From contig JBAYMJ010000004.1 of the NCBI GenBank assembly GCA_041663565.1, positions 582 to 64,581 on the forward strand: 64,000 nt of DNA, in the 5' to 3' direction. Below are positions 44,831 through 54,292 of the stretch, one piece after another; position 1 is the first letter of the stretch; every line of letters begins with the position of its first letter. Under the pieces are notes generated by a model. The model worked only from the letters and a program-made list of their open reading frames with translations, was not told the origin of the DNA and made no database searches. The position numbers and the translations under genes were made by a program. Source of the stretch: Candidatus Micrarchaeia archaeon (GTDB taxonomy: Archaea > Micrarchaeota > Micrarchaeia > Norongarragalinales > CAINOH01).

Positions 44831-45997
44831 TCAGGGCTGGCTCCACTCTATCTCGTAATACTCGAACTTGCTGTCGGCAAGCGCAATGCGCTTTACAAGG
44901 TAGTGCGTGACAGCTGTCTCGCGGTCGCAGATTGCAAGCATCAGGTCGATGCCGTACTTCTTGGAGGTCTCGATTGCCTTGGCAAGCTCCTGGCCGCCAA
45001 TCTCCTCCTCCTCGGAAAGCGCGAGCATCGCAAAGCGCGGCCCGGAGGTCTTGGGCGTTTCGATGCCTTCCTTCGCGCGGTGGTATAGAATGAAATCAAC
45101 GTCGGACGGCACCTCGCGCCTTGTGCCCGGTATTGCGAGGATGAATGTCTTCTTCACGCCGTGCGCAACTCGGATTGCGCGGCTCCACTCGGAGATGAGC
45201 ATCTTGCTTTCGCGGGGAAACACGTGGATTACGTGCTTGGAGTGCATCCACTCGTCATTCGAGAGCGCGGGAGAGGCTCCGGGAAGGTACAGCCGAAAGT
45301 GCGTGCCGAACTTGAACCCGGTCTTGAGCACGCACCCGCGGAGCCGCCAGTCCTCGTAGACTTCGTAAAGCGCGAGGAAGTCGAACCTGCGCTTGGTTGC
45401 CTCCTCGATGAGCCTCTTTTCGCCCACGTTGAGCACAAGCCCGCAGTGCCTCATAAGGAAAAGCGTCTCGTATGCATCCAGCTTGAGGAAGCGGCCGTGC
45501 TTGCGCGCCTTGTAGGTTCCAAGCTGGCCGAACCAGCCGTTGTCGTAAAGCGAGGCGCCTACTGCGTCGTCGTCGATTACTGTCATCAGGTCGTCGTAGA
45601 AGAACAGGCCCTTCGCGCCAATCTTGAACGGCTTGAAATCCCCCGACGGGTACTTCTTGACCGGGTTTCTTCCGTAATTCTTCTTGGCCTCGGAAAACTC
45701 GCGGGCAATAAGGCCGCGGTCGCGCCAGTCCTTGTAGCAGAAGTAGCGCGCTAGGAACTTTTTCGAGCGGTCGCACTTTCGCGCGACGTCGTTGAACGAC
45801 AGCAGCTTGCCCGAAGGACCCTTGCACTCGGCGTTGCGAACGTCGAGCAGGTAAAGGGCTTCCTCTGCCGAAAGCTCCAGCTCGAACTTTCCCTTTTCCT
45901 TCTTCTCCACGCCGTAGAAGCTGCGGTCAAGCGCCTGGACTGAGACCAGGTCGCGCACTGTCGCCTTCTCTCCGTCGAATCCGAAAACTACGCCCAT
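44831..45997 (-). CDS. endA: tRNA-intron endonuclease, long three-unit (epsilon2-like) form
   Basis: Catalytic unit …FLALYEVYEDWRLRGCVLKTGFKFGTHFRLYLPG…HSKHVIHVFP. It is preceded by an EndA-like unit (…YFCYKDWRDRGLIAREF…) and followed by a third ~120-aa unit. 388 aa in total. Confidence 0.65.
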   Translation of the reverse strand: MGVVFGFDGEKATVRDLVSVQALDRSFYGVEKKEKGKFELELSAEEALYLLDVRNAECKGPSGKLLSFNDVARKCDRSKKFLARYFCYKDWRDRGLIAREFSEAKKNYGRNPVKKYPSGDFKPFKIGAKGLFFYDDLMTVIDDDAVGASLYDNGWFGQLGTYKARKHGRFLKLDAYETLFLMRHCGLVLNVGEKRLIEEATKRRFDFLALYEVYEDWRLRGCVLKTGFKFGTHFRLYLPGASPALSNDEWMHSKHVIHVFPRESKMLISEWSRAIRVAHGVKKTFILAIPGTRREVPSDVDFILYHRAKEGIETPKTSGPRFAMLALSEEEEIGGQELAKAIETSKKYGIDLMLAICDRETAVTHYLVKRIALADSKFEYYEIEWSQP

Positions 45998-46064
45998 GAA
46001 TTACTACCCGCCAAGAGGCGCGTATGACACGTTTATATCCTTCAGGATTTTTGCTTACTATTGT

Positions 46065-46505
46065 ATGGCATCCCATAAATTAAACAGGTGCAAAGGCCAG
46101 GTCTCGCTCGAATACGTCGTGATGGTCGGGCTGGTGCTTGCGGCGTGCGTGCCCGTCTGGATACTCGCACAGGACCGCATCTCGGACGCGCAGACGGAAC
46201 TCGACGCGGTGACCGCGCAGGCGTCCGTTGACGCCTTGGCCAAGGCGGCCGACTGGGCGGCGCTGTCCGGATACCCCGCAAGGCGCACCGTTGACATCGA
46301 GCTTCCTCACACAGTCCAAGGCGCGCTTGTCGCAGGACGCGAGGTGCGCATACTGTTCTACGGCTCTGCAGGGCTTTCCGAAGCTTACGCCGTTTCCGAA
46401 GCCAACCTCACCGGGACGATACCCATCGGCGGCTCGAAGGTGACGATGGTGGTTGCCGCAAGCCAGTCGCAGCCTGGGAACGTCACAATAGGGCAGGCGG
46501 GTTAA
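46065..46505 (+). CDS. Pilin-like protein with class-III signal peptide (MASHKLNRCKGQVSLEYVV…)
   Basis: Short basic leader, G-Q, then a hydrophobic helix. First of five consecutive such genes. Confidence 0.55.
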   Translation: MASHKLNRCKGQVSLEYVVMVGLVLAACVPVWILAQDRISDAQTELDAVTAQASVDALAKAADWAALSGYPARRTVDIELPHTVQGALVAGREVRILFYGSAGLSEAYAVSEANLTGTIPIGGSKVTMVVAASQSQPGNVTIGQAG

Positions 46506-46506
46506 G

Positions 46507-46899
46507 ATGCGTCGCGGCCAGGTAGCCATGGAATTCGTCGCAGTCTGCATGCTCCTCATACTCGTGTGGACCGCGTTCTCGATGCTCTCGGCCGAGTGGA
46601 ACCGCAGGACCTATTCCGTCGCGGCATCTGCTGACGCGCAGGCCCTCCTTGAGAAGATTTACAACGAGGCTGTTGACGCGAAGGCTGCCGGACCGGGCTA
46701 CTCGCACGCGTTTGCGGTGCCTGCCGCGCTTGCGGGAAACCAAAACTACACCGTGAGCATCTATCCAGCATACTCCACGATACAGATTGCATTCAAGGAT
46801 TCAAGCGCATCAGCCGTGCTCCCATTCAGCGCATCCGGAAGCGCCGGCTGCTGCACCGTAAGAGTGACTAATGACAATGGCAACGTCGTGTTCTCATAG
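46507..46899 (+). CDS. Pilin-like protein, class-III signal peptide (MRRGQVAMEFVAVCMLLILV)
   Basis: RRGQ-VAMEF class-III motif. Confidence 0.6.
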   Translation: MRRGQVAMEFVAVCMLLILVWTAFSMLSAEWNRRTYSVAASADAQALLEKIYNEAVDAKAAGPGYSHAFAVPAALAGNQNYTVSIYPAYSTIQIAFKDSSASAVLPFSASGSAGCCTVRVTNDNGNVVFS

Positions 46900-47461
46900 G
46901 CGCCGTGGCAACCACCGCCGCGGCCAGGTGCTTAGCGCGGAAATAGTGCTCGCCACATTCGTGTTCGTGATGGCCGTTGCCATCATAAACCACGCCTACT
47001 CGCGCACTCTTGAGGCGGGGCTCTCGATGACGTCGGGCCAGCGGGACGTGCGCACTTATGCGGGGCTTCTTTTGGACGGCCAGGGCAGCCAGCCCGACTG
47101 GGACTATGCAAGCCATGATGCCCGGCCGCTAACGCTTTCGTCGGACGGCTCAATCAATATCACCAAGGCGGCGGACCTTGTCGCATTGCTTTACGATGAC
47201 GAGAACGCCACGCTCTCCGCACTCTCGGCCGGGCCGTACAAGGTAGGGATACGCATAACCGGCCAGGACGGCTTGCCGATTGTGGTTGCCTGCCCCGGCT
47301 GCAGCTGCGGCGGCAGGTGCAACGTCACGCTCGAGTATTACCCGCCGCTTTATTCGAAGAACATCTTCCCGGTCGAGGGCGTTTATAGGCTTGTGAACGC
47401 CAACGGCTCGGGAGCGGGAATCGGGAACGTACGGCTGCTATTCTACAGGACATACGACTAG
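46871..47461 (+). CDS. Pilin-like protein, class-III signal peptide (…HRRGQVLSAEIVLATFVFV)
   Basis: RRGQ-VLSAEIVL. The exact start is uncertain (it overlaps the previous gene). Confidence 0.5.
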   Translation: MTMATSCSHRRRGNHRRGQVLSAEIVLATFVFVMAVAIINHAYSRTLEAGLSMTSGQRDVRTYAGLLLDGQGSQPDWDYASHDARPLTLSSDGSINITKAADLVALLYDDENATLSALSAGPYKVGIRITGQDGLPIVVACPGCSCGGRCNVTLEYYPPLYSKNIFPVEGVYRLVNANGSGAGIGNVRLLFYRTYD

Positions 47462-47475
47462 GATTTGATGACGCT

Positions 47476-48027
47476 TTGGAAAAAAACGCGGGTAAAGGCA
47501 GGGGGATTGCGTTCGCAATTGACGCGCTGTTCGCAATAGCGGTAGTGGCGGCGTTCGCAATAACTGTCGTGCCCGCAAGTTCCGGCCTGCAGGATGCGGG
47601 CGATGCCGCGCCAAGGGCGGCCTCAAAACTGTCCGAGAGCACGCTCCGAGCGATGTGCCTTGCGACCGCAAGCGAGCTTTCAGCGGCTTCGCCGGAAATC
47701 GCCGCAATTTATTCGGACGGCAACCTCACTGCAAACGATTCGGAAATGACCTTGTGCCAGCTTCTCGCCAGGCTGGAAGCCGAGGGCAACGGCTCGGTCT
47801 TGCGGGCAAAGAACGTAACTGCACAGGTGTTCGGTCCGCTTGTGCCGCAGACAATGGGGCTTGCGGTCTATGCAGATGGCGCGCTAATCTACAACACCAC
47901 TTTCGAGCCGCCGGCGCCAATAGCGCTGCACTCGTCAGCGGCATACGTCTACTCCTATGGGAAGGCCGGCGTTTCTACAGCGCCAATCGGGCCGGTAAAA
48001 ATCGAGGCGAGGAGCTGGTGGCCATGA
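47476..48027 (+). CDS. Pilin-like protein (MEKNAGKGRGIAFAIDALFAIAVVAAFAITVV)
   Basis: KGRG-IAFAIDALFAI class-III-like N-terminus. Confidence 0.5.
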   Translation: MEKNAGKGRGIAFAIDALFAIAVVAAFAITVVPASSGLQDAGDAAPRAASKLSESTLRAMCLATASELSAASPEIAAIYSDGNLTANDSEMTLCQLLARLEAEGNGSVLRAKNVTAQVFGPLVPQTMGLAVYADGALIYNTTFEPPAPIALHSSAAYVYSYGKAGVSTAPIGPVKIEARSWWP

Positions 48028-48575
48028 GACGCGGTTTTGCCTACTCGCTTGCTGCTCTTGCGCTCGCCCTAGCTGTCGCGCAGGCAGCGATAATCTTTTC
48101 GTCGGCCCAGTCGGGCGTTGCGTACGAACGCAGCTCGCAAAAGGACGCAGTTGAGTTCGCCGCGTTTTCAGAGGGCACTGCCGGGCTCCAATCAGGACTG
48201 CTCCTCAGCTGCGGCCTTGCGTTTGAGGCTGCAAAGGACTACGAGGAGTCCACCAATTCCACGTTCGTAAACCGGTCCTGCGTGCTGACGTTCCTTGCAA
48301 GGGACGGCAGCGTCACAAACGCCACCTGCCCGGGCGAGCCTTTTGCCCTGATTGAGACTTCCAACCAGGCGTATTCGCTTTCAGGCTGGCAGCAGGCCGC
48401 GGCATCGGAAAGGACAGGCAGCGTGGGAATCTCTTCGGAGGTTCTGTCAGCCTATGCGACGGGGAACGCAACGCGCGCGATGTGCGACGCAACCGCACTG
48501 GTCACTGCTGCCACCCCTGGCAATTCCACATTCATTTCGAGAACGTACGCGGCGCAAAGGACGGTGCAAAACTAG
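48024..48575 (+). CDS. Pilin-like protein, class-III signal peptide (MRRGFAYSLAALALALAVAQAAIIF); internal start of track ORF 47655..48575
   Basis: ATG at 48024 overlaps the previous stop (ATGA). RRG-FAYSL motif. Confidence 0.55.
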   Translation: MRRGFAYSLAALALALAVAQAAIIFSSAQSGVAYERSSQKDAVEFAAFSEGTAGLQSGLLLSCGLAFEAAKDYEESTNSTFVNRSCVLTFLARDGSVTNATCPGEPFALIETSNQAYSLSGWQQAAASERTGSVGISSEVLSAYATGNATRAMCDATALVTAATPGNSTFISRTYAAQRTVQN

Positions 48576-48674
48576 CGCAAATATGACAGGCGGGCTTTTA
48601 TTTGGCACGACATTAATAGTGCCATAAGGGCAAATGCAGTAAAACTGCGCAAATCCTAAGAGGGCTGAAGACTT

Positions 48675-49241
48675 TTGGCTGGAACAGGCGACGCAGGCTC
48701 ATCCGAAAAGGCGATTGAGACGGTAGTGGACCGGCTCTACGACCTTGTCAACGCGAAGAAGTCGGTGACCGTAAGGGAAGTCGCCAAGGCGCTGTCGATT
48801 TCCGAGCCCCAGACCGAGAAGCTTGCCCGGCTGCTCGAGTCGTCCAAGCTGGTGCAGGTAAACTACAGCCTTTCTGAAATAATCATCACCATCGCCGAGG
48901 AGGCCAAGGCGGCCCCGGCCGCAGCGGCCACCGAGCCGGACCCAGCTGAGCGCGCCATCCTGTCCTCCTGCGACGAGGTAGCGAGGGCGAAGGCGGTGCT
49001 CGAGTTTTCCAGGCGCCAAGTCGAGCAGCTTTCAGGCAGGCTCGCACAGTCGGCTTCGCAGCAGGCTGCCGCAATCAAGGCAAAGGACGTGAGCCCGGCT
49101 TTGCGAAGGAGGCTTGAAGGCATCGGGTCGGACGCCGCCCAGGCGAAGGCCCACGCAACCGCCGCCCTGGCAGCGGCAACGGTTCTCGAGGAGGCCAGCC
49201 AGAGGCTTTCGCAGGTCGCGACACGCAAGGGTGCAAGATAA
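48675..49241 (+). CDS. Winged-helix-like / coiled-coil accessory protein of the pilus locus
   Basis: N-terminus …VTVREVAKALSISEPQTEKLARLLESSKLVQV resembles a wHTH. The rest is Ala/Gln-rich and helical. Confidence 0.35.
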   Translation: MAGTGDAGSSEKAIETVVDRLYDLVNAKKSVTVREVAKALSISEPQTEKLARLLESSKLVQVNYSLSEIIITIAEEAKAAPAAAATEPDPAERAILSSCDEVARAKAVLEFSRRQVEQLSGRLAQSASQQAAAIKAKDVSPALRRRLEGIGSDAAQAKAHATAALAAATVLEEASQRLSQVATRKGAR

Positions 49242-50737
49242 TGAAAATCCTAGACTCGTACAGCGTTGAAAGCGAGGGCATACCCGCCCTGATACAGATA
49301 GTGGACGACGAGTCGTTCACCAACATGTACATGCTACACCGCGCCAAGGTGCGCAAGTCAACTGAGGCGGTGATGGACTTCCTCAAGCAGCGCGTCATCG
49401 ACGCAGTCAACATCAGCGCGTCCGAGATAGCCAACTTCAGCGCGTGGGAAAAGCTTCGCGCGAACGTCAAGAAGAAGGCCCACGAGCTCGTGCGCACCGA
49501 GCTTGGCAACCTCGACCCCAAGGAGGAGGACTTGCTCGTGGGGAAGCTCCTGCAGGAGATGCTCGGCATCAGCGAGCTCGAGTTCTTCCTGAGCGACGAG
49601 CAGCTCGAGGAGGTCGTGGTCATCTCCTCCAAGGACCCCGTGTGGGTGTACCACCGCAAGTACGGCTGGCTCAAGACCAACGTGAACATCGACACCGAAG
49701 AGCAGATACGCAACTACGCGGCCATAATGGGAAGGCGGGTTGGCAAGCAGATAACAAACCTCGACCCGCTGATGGACGCGTACCTGCTTTCCGGCCACCG
49801 CGTCAACGCGACCCTCGCGCCGGTCTCGGCGAAGGGCAACAGCATCACCATACGCAAGTTCCGCAAGGACCCGTTCACGGTCATAGACTTCATGAACCCT
49901 AACCTCAACACCACCTCGGTCGAGGCGCTCGCGTTCATCTGGCTTGCGGTGCAGTACGAGATGAACCTCCTGGTTGGAGGAGGGACCGCAAGCGGGAAGA
50001 CGTCGTTCCTCAACGCAATACTCGCGTTCACCCCGCCGAACCAGCGCATAGTCAGCATCGAGGACACGCGCGAGCTCATGCTCCCGACGTACCTGCACTG
50101 GACGCCGATGGTCACGCGGCTGCCGAACCCCGAAGGCAAGGGCGGCGTGAGCATGCTCGACCTTGCGGTGAACTCCCTGCGCATGCGGCCCGACCGCATC
50201 GTGCTCGGCGAAGTGCGCAGGCAGAACGAGGCCGAGGTTCTCTTCGAGGCAATGCACACCGGACACTCAGTGTATTCCACCGTCCACGCGGATGACGCGT
50301 CCCAGATGAAGGCCAGGCTCATAAGCCCGCCCATCAACCTGCCCGAGCAGTTCCTTTCGGCCATGCACCTTGCGGTAGTGCAGTACCGCCAGCGCAGGAC
50401 GGGGATACGCAGGACGACCGAGATTGCCGAGATAATTCCCGGCGAGCGCGGGGTCAGCTTCAACGTGGTGTACCAGTGGAACGCCCAGGACGACACCCTC
50501 GAGAAGGTCGACGAGCACATGAGGGTCGACAACGAGATTAAGGCCCGGACCGGCATGAAGCAGAAGGAAATCACTGCAGACCTTGAGCAGAAGAAGGCAA
50601 TACTCCTTGCGATGTCCGACGCGGGGATAAGCAAGGTGGACGACGTGGGAATGATATTCGCAAAGTACTACAAGTCGCCCAAGCTGGTGGCCGAGAGCGC
50701 GCAGAAGGGCGCGAGGGAGATGCGCAAGCTCCTGTGA
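49241..50737 (+). CDS. Type IV pilus/archaellum assembly ATPase (FlaI/TadA/VirB11 family)
   Basis: Walker A LLVGGGTASGKTSFLNAIL, and …IVLGEVRRQNEAEVLFEAMHTGHS… typical of secretion ATPases. Confidence 0.8.
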   Translation: MKILDSYSVESEGIPALIQIVDDESFTNMYMLHRAKVRKSTEAVMDFLKQRVIDAVNISASEIANFSAWEKLRANVKKKAHELVRTELGNLDPKEEDLLVGKLLQEMLGISELEFFLSDEQLEEVVVISSKDPVWVYHRKYGWLKTNVNIDTEEQIRNYAAIMGRRVGKQITNLDPLMDAYLLSGHRVNATLAPVSAKGNSITIRKFRKDPFTVIDFMNPNLNTTSVEALAFIWLAVQYEMNLLVGGGTASGKTSFLNAILAFTPPNQRIVSIEDTRELMLPTYLHWTPMVTRLPNPEGKGGVSMLDLAVNSLRMRPDRIVLGEVRRQNEAEVLFEAMHTGHSVYSTVHADDASQMKARLISPPINLPEQFLSAMHLAVVQYRQRRTGIRRTTEIAEIIPGERGVSFNVVYQWNAQDDTLEKVDEHMRVDNEIKARTGMKQKEITADLEQKKAILLAMSDAGISKVDDVGMIFAKYYKSPKLVAESAQKGAREMRKLL

Positions 50738-50748
50738 GGTGACAAGCG

Positions 50749-51633
50749 GTGGAAAGCAAGATACCCATACTGCCGTTTTCGCTGGTGCCCTCGCAGTTCC
50801 TGTTCGTCCTGGCCGAAAAGACGCGGCCCATAGGCAACGCCGTGCAGGCTTGGATGCCCATACTCGGCGACGACCTGATGGGCGCGGGGTACGGGAACCT
50901 CGACGCCGACGCGTACGCGACCGCGTGCGTGCTCAACGCGTTCACGAACTTCTTCGTCTCGTTCCTCTTCATCAACCTGCTGGGCGTGCTTGCGCTCACG
51001 CCGATGCTGCTCCTCGCTGGCCTTGCCTCGGCCGGGATTGGGGTGGCGACGCTGGTCACCTGCCTGGTGTACCCGCAGATAGTCGCATCGCAGCGGAGGC
51101 GCGCAATCGACGCGAACATGATAACGGCCACGAGGCAGCTGCTCATCCAGATACGCTCCGGGGTGCCGCTGTTCAACGCGCTCCTTTCGGTGAGCACTGG
51201 GCACAACAAGGTGTCGGACGAGTTCTACAAGATAGTCGCGCAGCTCAACGCGGGCGTTGCTGAGGCCGACGCGCTCGCCGAGGCGTCCGCAACGTCGCCT
51301 TCGATGCAGTTCCGCAAGGTCGTGTGGCAGCTTTCCAACGCGCTCAAGGTGGGCACCGACGTGGGCCTTGCGCTCGAGGCCACGCTTTCCGAGCTTGAGC
51401 ACGAGCAGACCGAGCAGATCAAGAAGTATGCGCAGGAGCTCTCGCCGCTGACCATGATATACATGATAAGCGCAATCATAGTACCGAGCCTGGGAGTGAC
51501 CCTGCTCATAGTCATAGGCTCGCTGCTTTCGTTCCCGATTCCCAAGGCCCTGCTCGTGGTCATATTCATAATAATGGTCGGCTTCCAGGCTTTCTTCCTC
51601 GACTTCGTCTCAACCCGGAGGCCGGTGGTGTAG
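50749..51633 (+). CDS. T2SSF-domain membrane protein (TadB/FlaJ N-half-like)
   Basis: …TRQLLIQIRSGVPLFNALLSV…QLSNALKVGTDVGLALEA… T2SSF repeat with TM segments. Confidence 0.65.
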   Translation: MESKIPILPFSLVPSQFLFVLAEKTRPIGNAVQAWMPILGDDLMGAGYGNLDADAYATACVLNAFTNFFVSFLFINLLGVLALTPMLLLAGLASAGIGVATLVTCLVYPQIVASQRRRAIDANMITATRQLLIQIRSGVPLFNALLSVSTGHNKVSDEFYKIVAQLNAGVAEADALAEASATSPSMQFRKVVWQLSNALKVGTDVGLALEATLSELEHEQTEQIKKYAQELSPLTMIYMISAIIVPSLGVTLLIVIGSLLSFPIPKALLVVIFIIMVGFQAFFLDFVSTRRPVV

Positions 51634-51636
51634 GAC

Positions 51637-52671
51637 ATGAAGGCCAGCCGCATAATCATAAGGTCGTCCTACGCCCTTCCCAGGAGGTGGGTCGAAGCAA
51701 TCGGAAAGCTCCTTGCAAAGGGCGGTTTCGACACCACGAAGAACCGGTACCTGATAGGCCTCTGCATGCTCGGCGCGGCCTCGCTCGGCATCCTCGTTTT
51801 CCTCATATTCGCAGTAGTCACGGCCGACTACAGGTTCGCGGCGTTCTCCGGGCTCCTCGTGGTGATGGCCGAGGTCGGCGGCGCGTACGTCATCCTGAAG
51901 TCGACCGCGTACCAGAGGAGCAGGAAGATAGAGAGCGTGCTCCCGGACGCGCTGCGCATCATCTCGGCGAACATGCGCGCGGGGATGACCGTCGAGAACG
52001 CTCTCTGGTCGGCAGCAAGGCCGGAGTTTGGGCCGTTCAGGGACGAGCTGAGCAGGGTTGCTGCGGACACGTTCGGCGGGATGCCAATCGAGGACGCGCT
52101 GCTTGCGATGCCCGACCGGGTCGACTCGCGGCTTCTGGAACACTCGGTGAACCTGATGGTCGGAGGCCTGCGCCTGGGAGGCAGGATGACCGACCTGCTT
52201 GACCGCATCGCGGCAGACATCTCGTCGCGGCAGGGCCTGCAGCGCCAGATAGAGACATCGACTACGACGTACTCGATATTCATAGTGTTCTCCGCGCTCG
52301 TAGCGGCACCCATGCTGTTTGCGGTCTCGACGTTCTACTCCGAAATCAACGAGACTACGCTCACCGGCTTCACCTCAGGGATGCAGATAGACTCGGCCGC
52401 CAGGGCGCGCATCTCAAGTTCGGGCATCCCGATACTACTGCCTTCACAGCAGGACACCCAGACGGACCAGATAGCGTTCGCCGACATCCGGCTGTTCTCC
52501 CTAGGCGTGATAATCATCATCGCGTTCTTTGCCGCCCTGCTCATCGCCCAGATAAAGGAAGGCGAGTCGCACCGGGGGCTTTCCTACGTGCCGATATTCG
52601 TGGCAGTAGCGATGGCGGTGTTCATAACCAGCCTGTTCGGGCTTGAGACCGTGTTTGCGGGAATGGTCTGA
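51637..52671 (+). CDS. T2SSF-domain membrane protein (TadC/FlaJ C-half-like)
   Basis: …LRIISANMRAGMTVENALWSAA…VNLMVGGLRLGGRMTDLLDRIA… second T2SSF domain. Confidence 0.65.
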   Translation: MKASRIIIRSSYALPRRWVEAIGKLLAKGGFDTTKNRYLIGLCMLGAASLGILVFLIFAVVTADYRFAAFSGLLVVMAEVGGAYVILKSTAYQRSRKIESVLPDALRIISANMRAGMTVENALWSAARPEFGPFRDELSRVAADTFGGMPIEDALLAMPDRVDSRLLEHSVNLMVGGLRLGGRMTDLLDRIAADISSRQGLQRQIETSTTTYSIFIVFSALVAAPMLFAVSTFYSEINETTLTGFTSGMQIDSAARARISSSGIPILLPSQQDTQTDQIAFADIRLFSLGVIIIIAFFAALLIAQIKEGESHRGLSYVPIFVAVAMAVFITSLFGLETVFAGMV

Positions 52672-52772
52672 GCGCCCTTTGCGGCGCGCGGCTCCCTGCG
52701 GCCGGCAGACAGCAACGCATTAATAAGCGGGGAAAGTAATTTTTGCAGGACGATTCAAACGGTGGTATAGTT

Positions 52773-53237
52773 ATGTCAAAAGGCCAGACTGCGCTCGAAT
52801 ACCTTGTCACTTACGGCTGGGCCATACTCGGAATCATAATCATCGTGGGAGTCCTCATCAACTTCGGCGTGTTCAACCCGAGCAAGTGGGCCAACGTGCG
52901 CCAGCAGGGCGGCTTCTCCTCGCTTGCGGTGCTTGACCACAGCGTCATAGCGGGGGCCAACGGCAACATGACCATAGCGTTCCAGAACACCCGCGGGAAC
53001 TCCATCACCATCACGCGTGTGGTCACGATGGCGGGCGGGTGCGGCTGGTCGGGCTCGCAGCTCCTTACCGTTGACAACCCCGTATCCATCACCACAACTG
53101 CATGCAACCAGAGCACGGTAACCGGCGCAAGCGTCGGCTCCGCGTACGACTTTTCGGACGTCGCGGTGACCTACACCGACTCGGTGTCGAGCATGGCGCA
53201 CACCGAACGCGGGTTCATCAAGGGGCAATTCCAGTAG
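52773..53237 (+). CDS. Major pilin candidate, class-III signal peptide (MSKGQTALEYLVTYGWAILGIIIIVGVLI)
   Basis: Canonical KGQ-TALEYL archaeal prepilin N-terminus. The track ORF starts 30 nt upstream. Confidence 0.75.
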   Translation: MSKGQTALEYLVTYGWAILGIIIIVGVLINFGVFNPSKWANVRQQGGFSSLAVLDHSVIAGANGNMTIAFQNTRGNSITITRVVTMAGGCGWSGSQLLTVDNPVSITTTACNQSTVTGASVGSAYDFSDVAVTYTDSVSSMAHTERGFIKGQFQ

Positions 53238-53261
53238 GCAAAGCCCGGCTCTGCAATCCTC

Positions 53262-54191
53262 ATGACCAAGGAACGCTTCCCAAAGGAATACTTGGAAAAA
53301 TACTCCGCAATACTTGGAAGCGAGTTCGACAGGTTCATCCATTCCTTCGACAGCAGGGCCAAGAAGACCATCTGGTGCAACTCGCTTTGCATCACCCCCA
53401 AGGGTCTTTGCGAAGAGTTGGCCGGTCGCGACTTTCGCCTGTCCCCGCTTGAATTCTCCGAAAACGCCTTCCAGATAGATTCCGGGCCGGAGAGGCCCGG
53501 CCAGGACGAGGCGTTTGCGCAAGGCAGGTTCAACCTGCAGGAGAAGGCGTCGATGCTTCCCGCAATCGCGCTTGGCGCAAGGCCGGGAGAGCGCATACTC
53601 GACGCGTTCGCGGCCCCGGGAAACAAGACGCTCCAGCTGTGCTGCCTGTGCAACAACGAAGCGGAGATTACCTGCCTTGAGCGCGACCCGACGCGAATTG
53701 GCACGCTCCGGTTCAACACGAGAAAGTTCGGCATGCGCATCGACGCCAAGAAGCTTGACTTCCAAAAGTTCAAGGATTACGAGGGGTTCGACAGGATGCT
53801 CCTCGACGCGCCGTGCAGTTCCGAGGGGATGGCAAGAAAGAGGCTAGACGCGCTTTCTGAATGGAGCGAAAAGAAAGTGGCAAACATGTCCAAGAGGCAG
53901 AAGAAGGCCATCGTGCGCGGATTTGACCTGCTCAAGACCGGCGGCACCCTCGTCTATTCGACTTGCTCGCTCTCGCCGGAGGAAGACGAGGAAGTCATCG
54001 ACCATTTACTCTCAAGCAGGGATGGCGCGAAAGTCGAAAAGACAAAAATAGCCGGAGTAAACGCGTCCAAGGGCATCCCGGAATACAAGGAAAAGGAATA
54101 CGCCGGCCAAGTCCAAAATTGCTCAAGGCTCTATCCCCACGAATGGGACTGCCAGCCGTTCTTCCTTGCAAGGGTCTCAAAGCAAAAGTAG
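53262..54191 (+). CDS. NOL1/NOP2/Sun-family RNA (cytosine-5)-methyltransferase
   Basis: …DAFAAPGNKT…, DAPCSSEGM, …VYSTCS… motifs. Confidence 0.8.
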   Translation: MTKERFPKEYLEKYSAILGSEFDRFIHSFDSRAKKTIWCNSLCITPKGLCEELAGRDFRLSPLEFSENAFQIDSGPERPGQDEAFAQGRFNLQEKASMLPAIALGARPGERILDAFAAPGNKTLQLCCLCNNEAEITCLERDPTRIGTLRFNTRKFGMRIDAKKLDFQKFKDYEGFDRMLLDAPCSSEGMARKRLDALSEWSEKKVANMSKRQKKAIVRGFDLLKTGGTLVYSTCSLSPEEDEEVIDHLLSSRDGAKVEKTKIAGVNASKGIPEYKEKEYAGQVQNCSRLYPHEWDCQPFFLARVSKQK

Positions 54192-54292
54192 GTCTGGTGA
54201 CAGCGAAGGAAAAATAGGCGCAAGCATGCAACCGCTGCGGCTACGAAGGCAGGAGCGCAGCATGACAAGCGGATGCGAAGGGCATATAATCA

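Noticed and set aside
47655-48023. N-terminal 123 aa of the track ORF 47655..48575
   Set aside because: This part overlaps the preceding pilin-like gene in a different frame and is Arg/Gly-rich. The biologically sensible start is the ATG at 48024, which gives a class-III signal peptide.
49358-50634. Minus-strand ORFs 49358..50266 and 49714..50634 inside the pilus ATPase gene
   Set aside because: Antisense shadow ORFs of a strongly supported FlaI/TadA-like ATPase.
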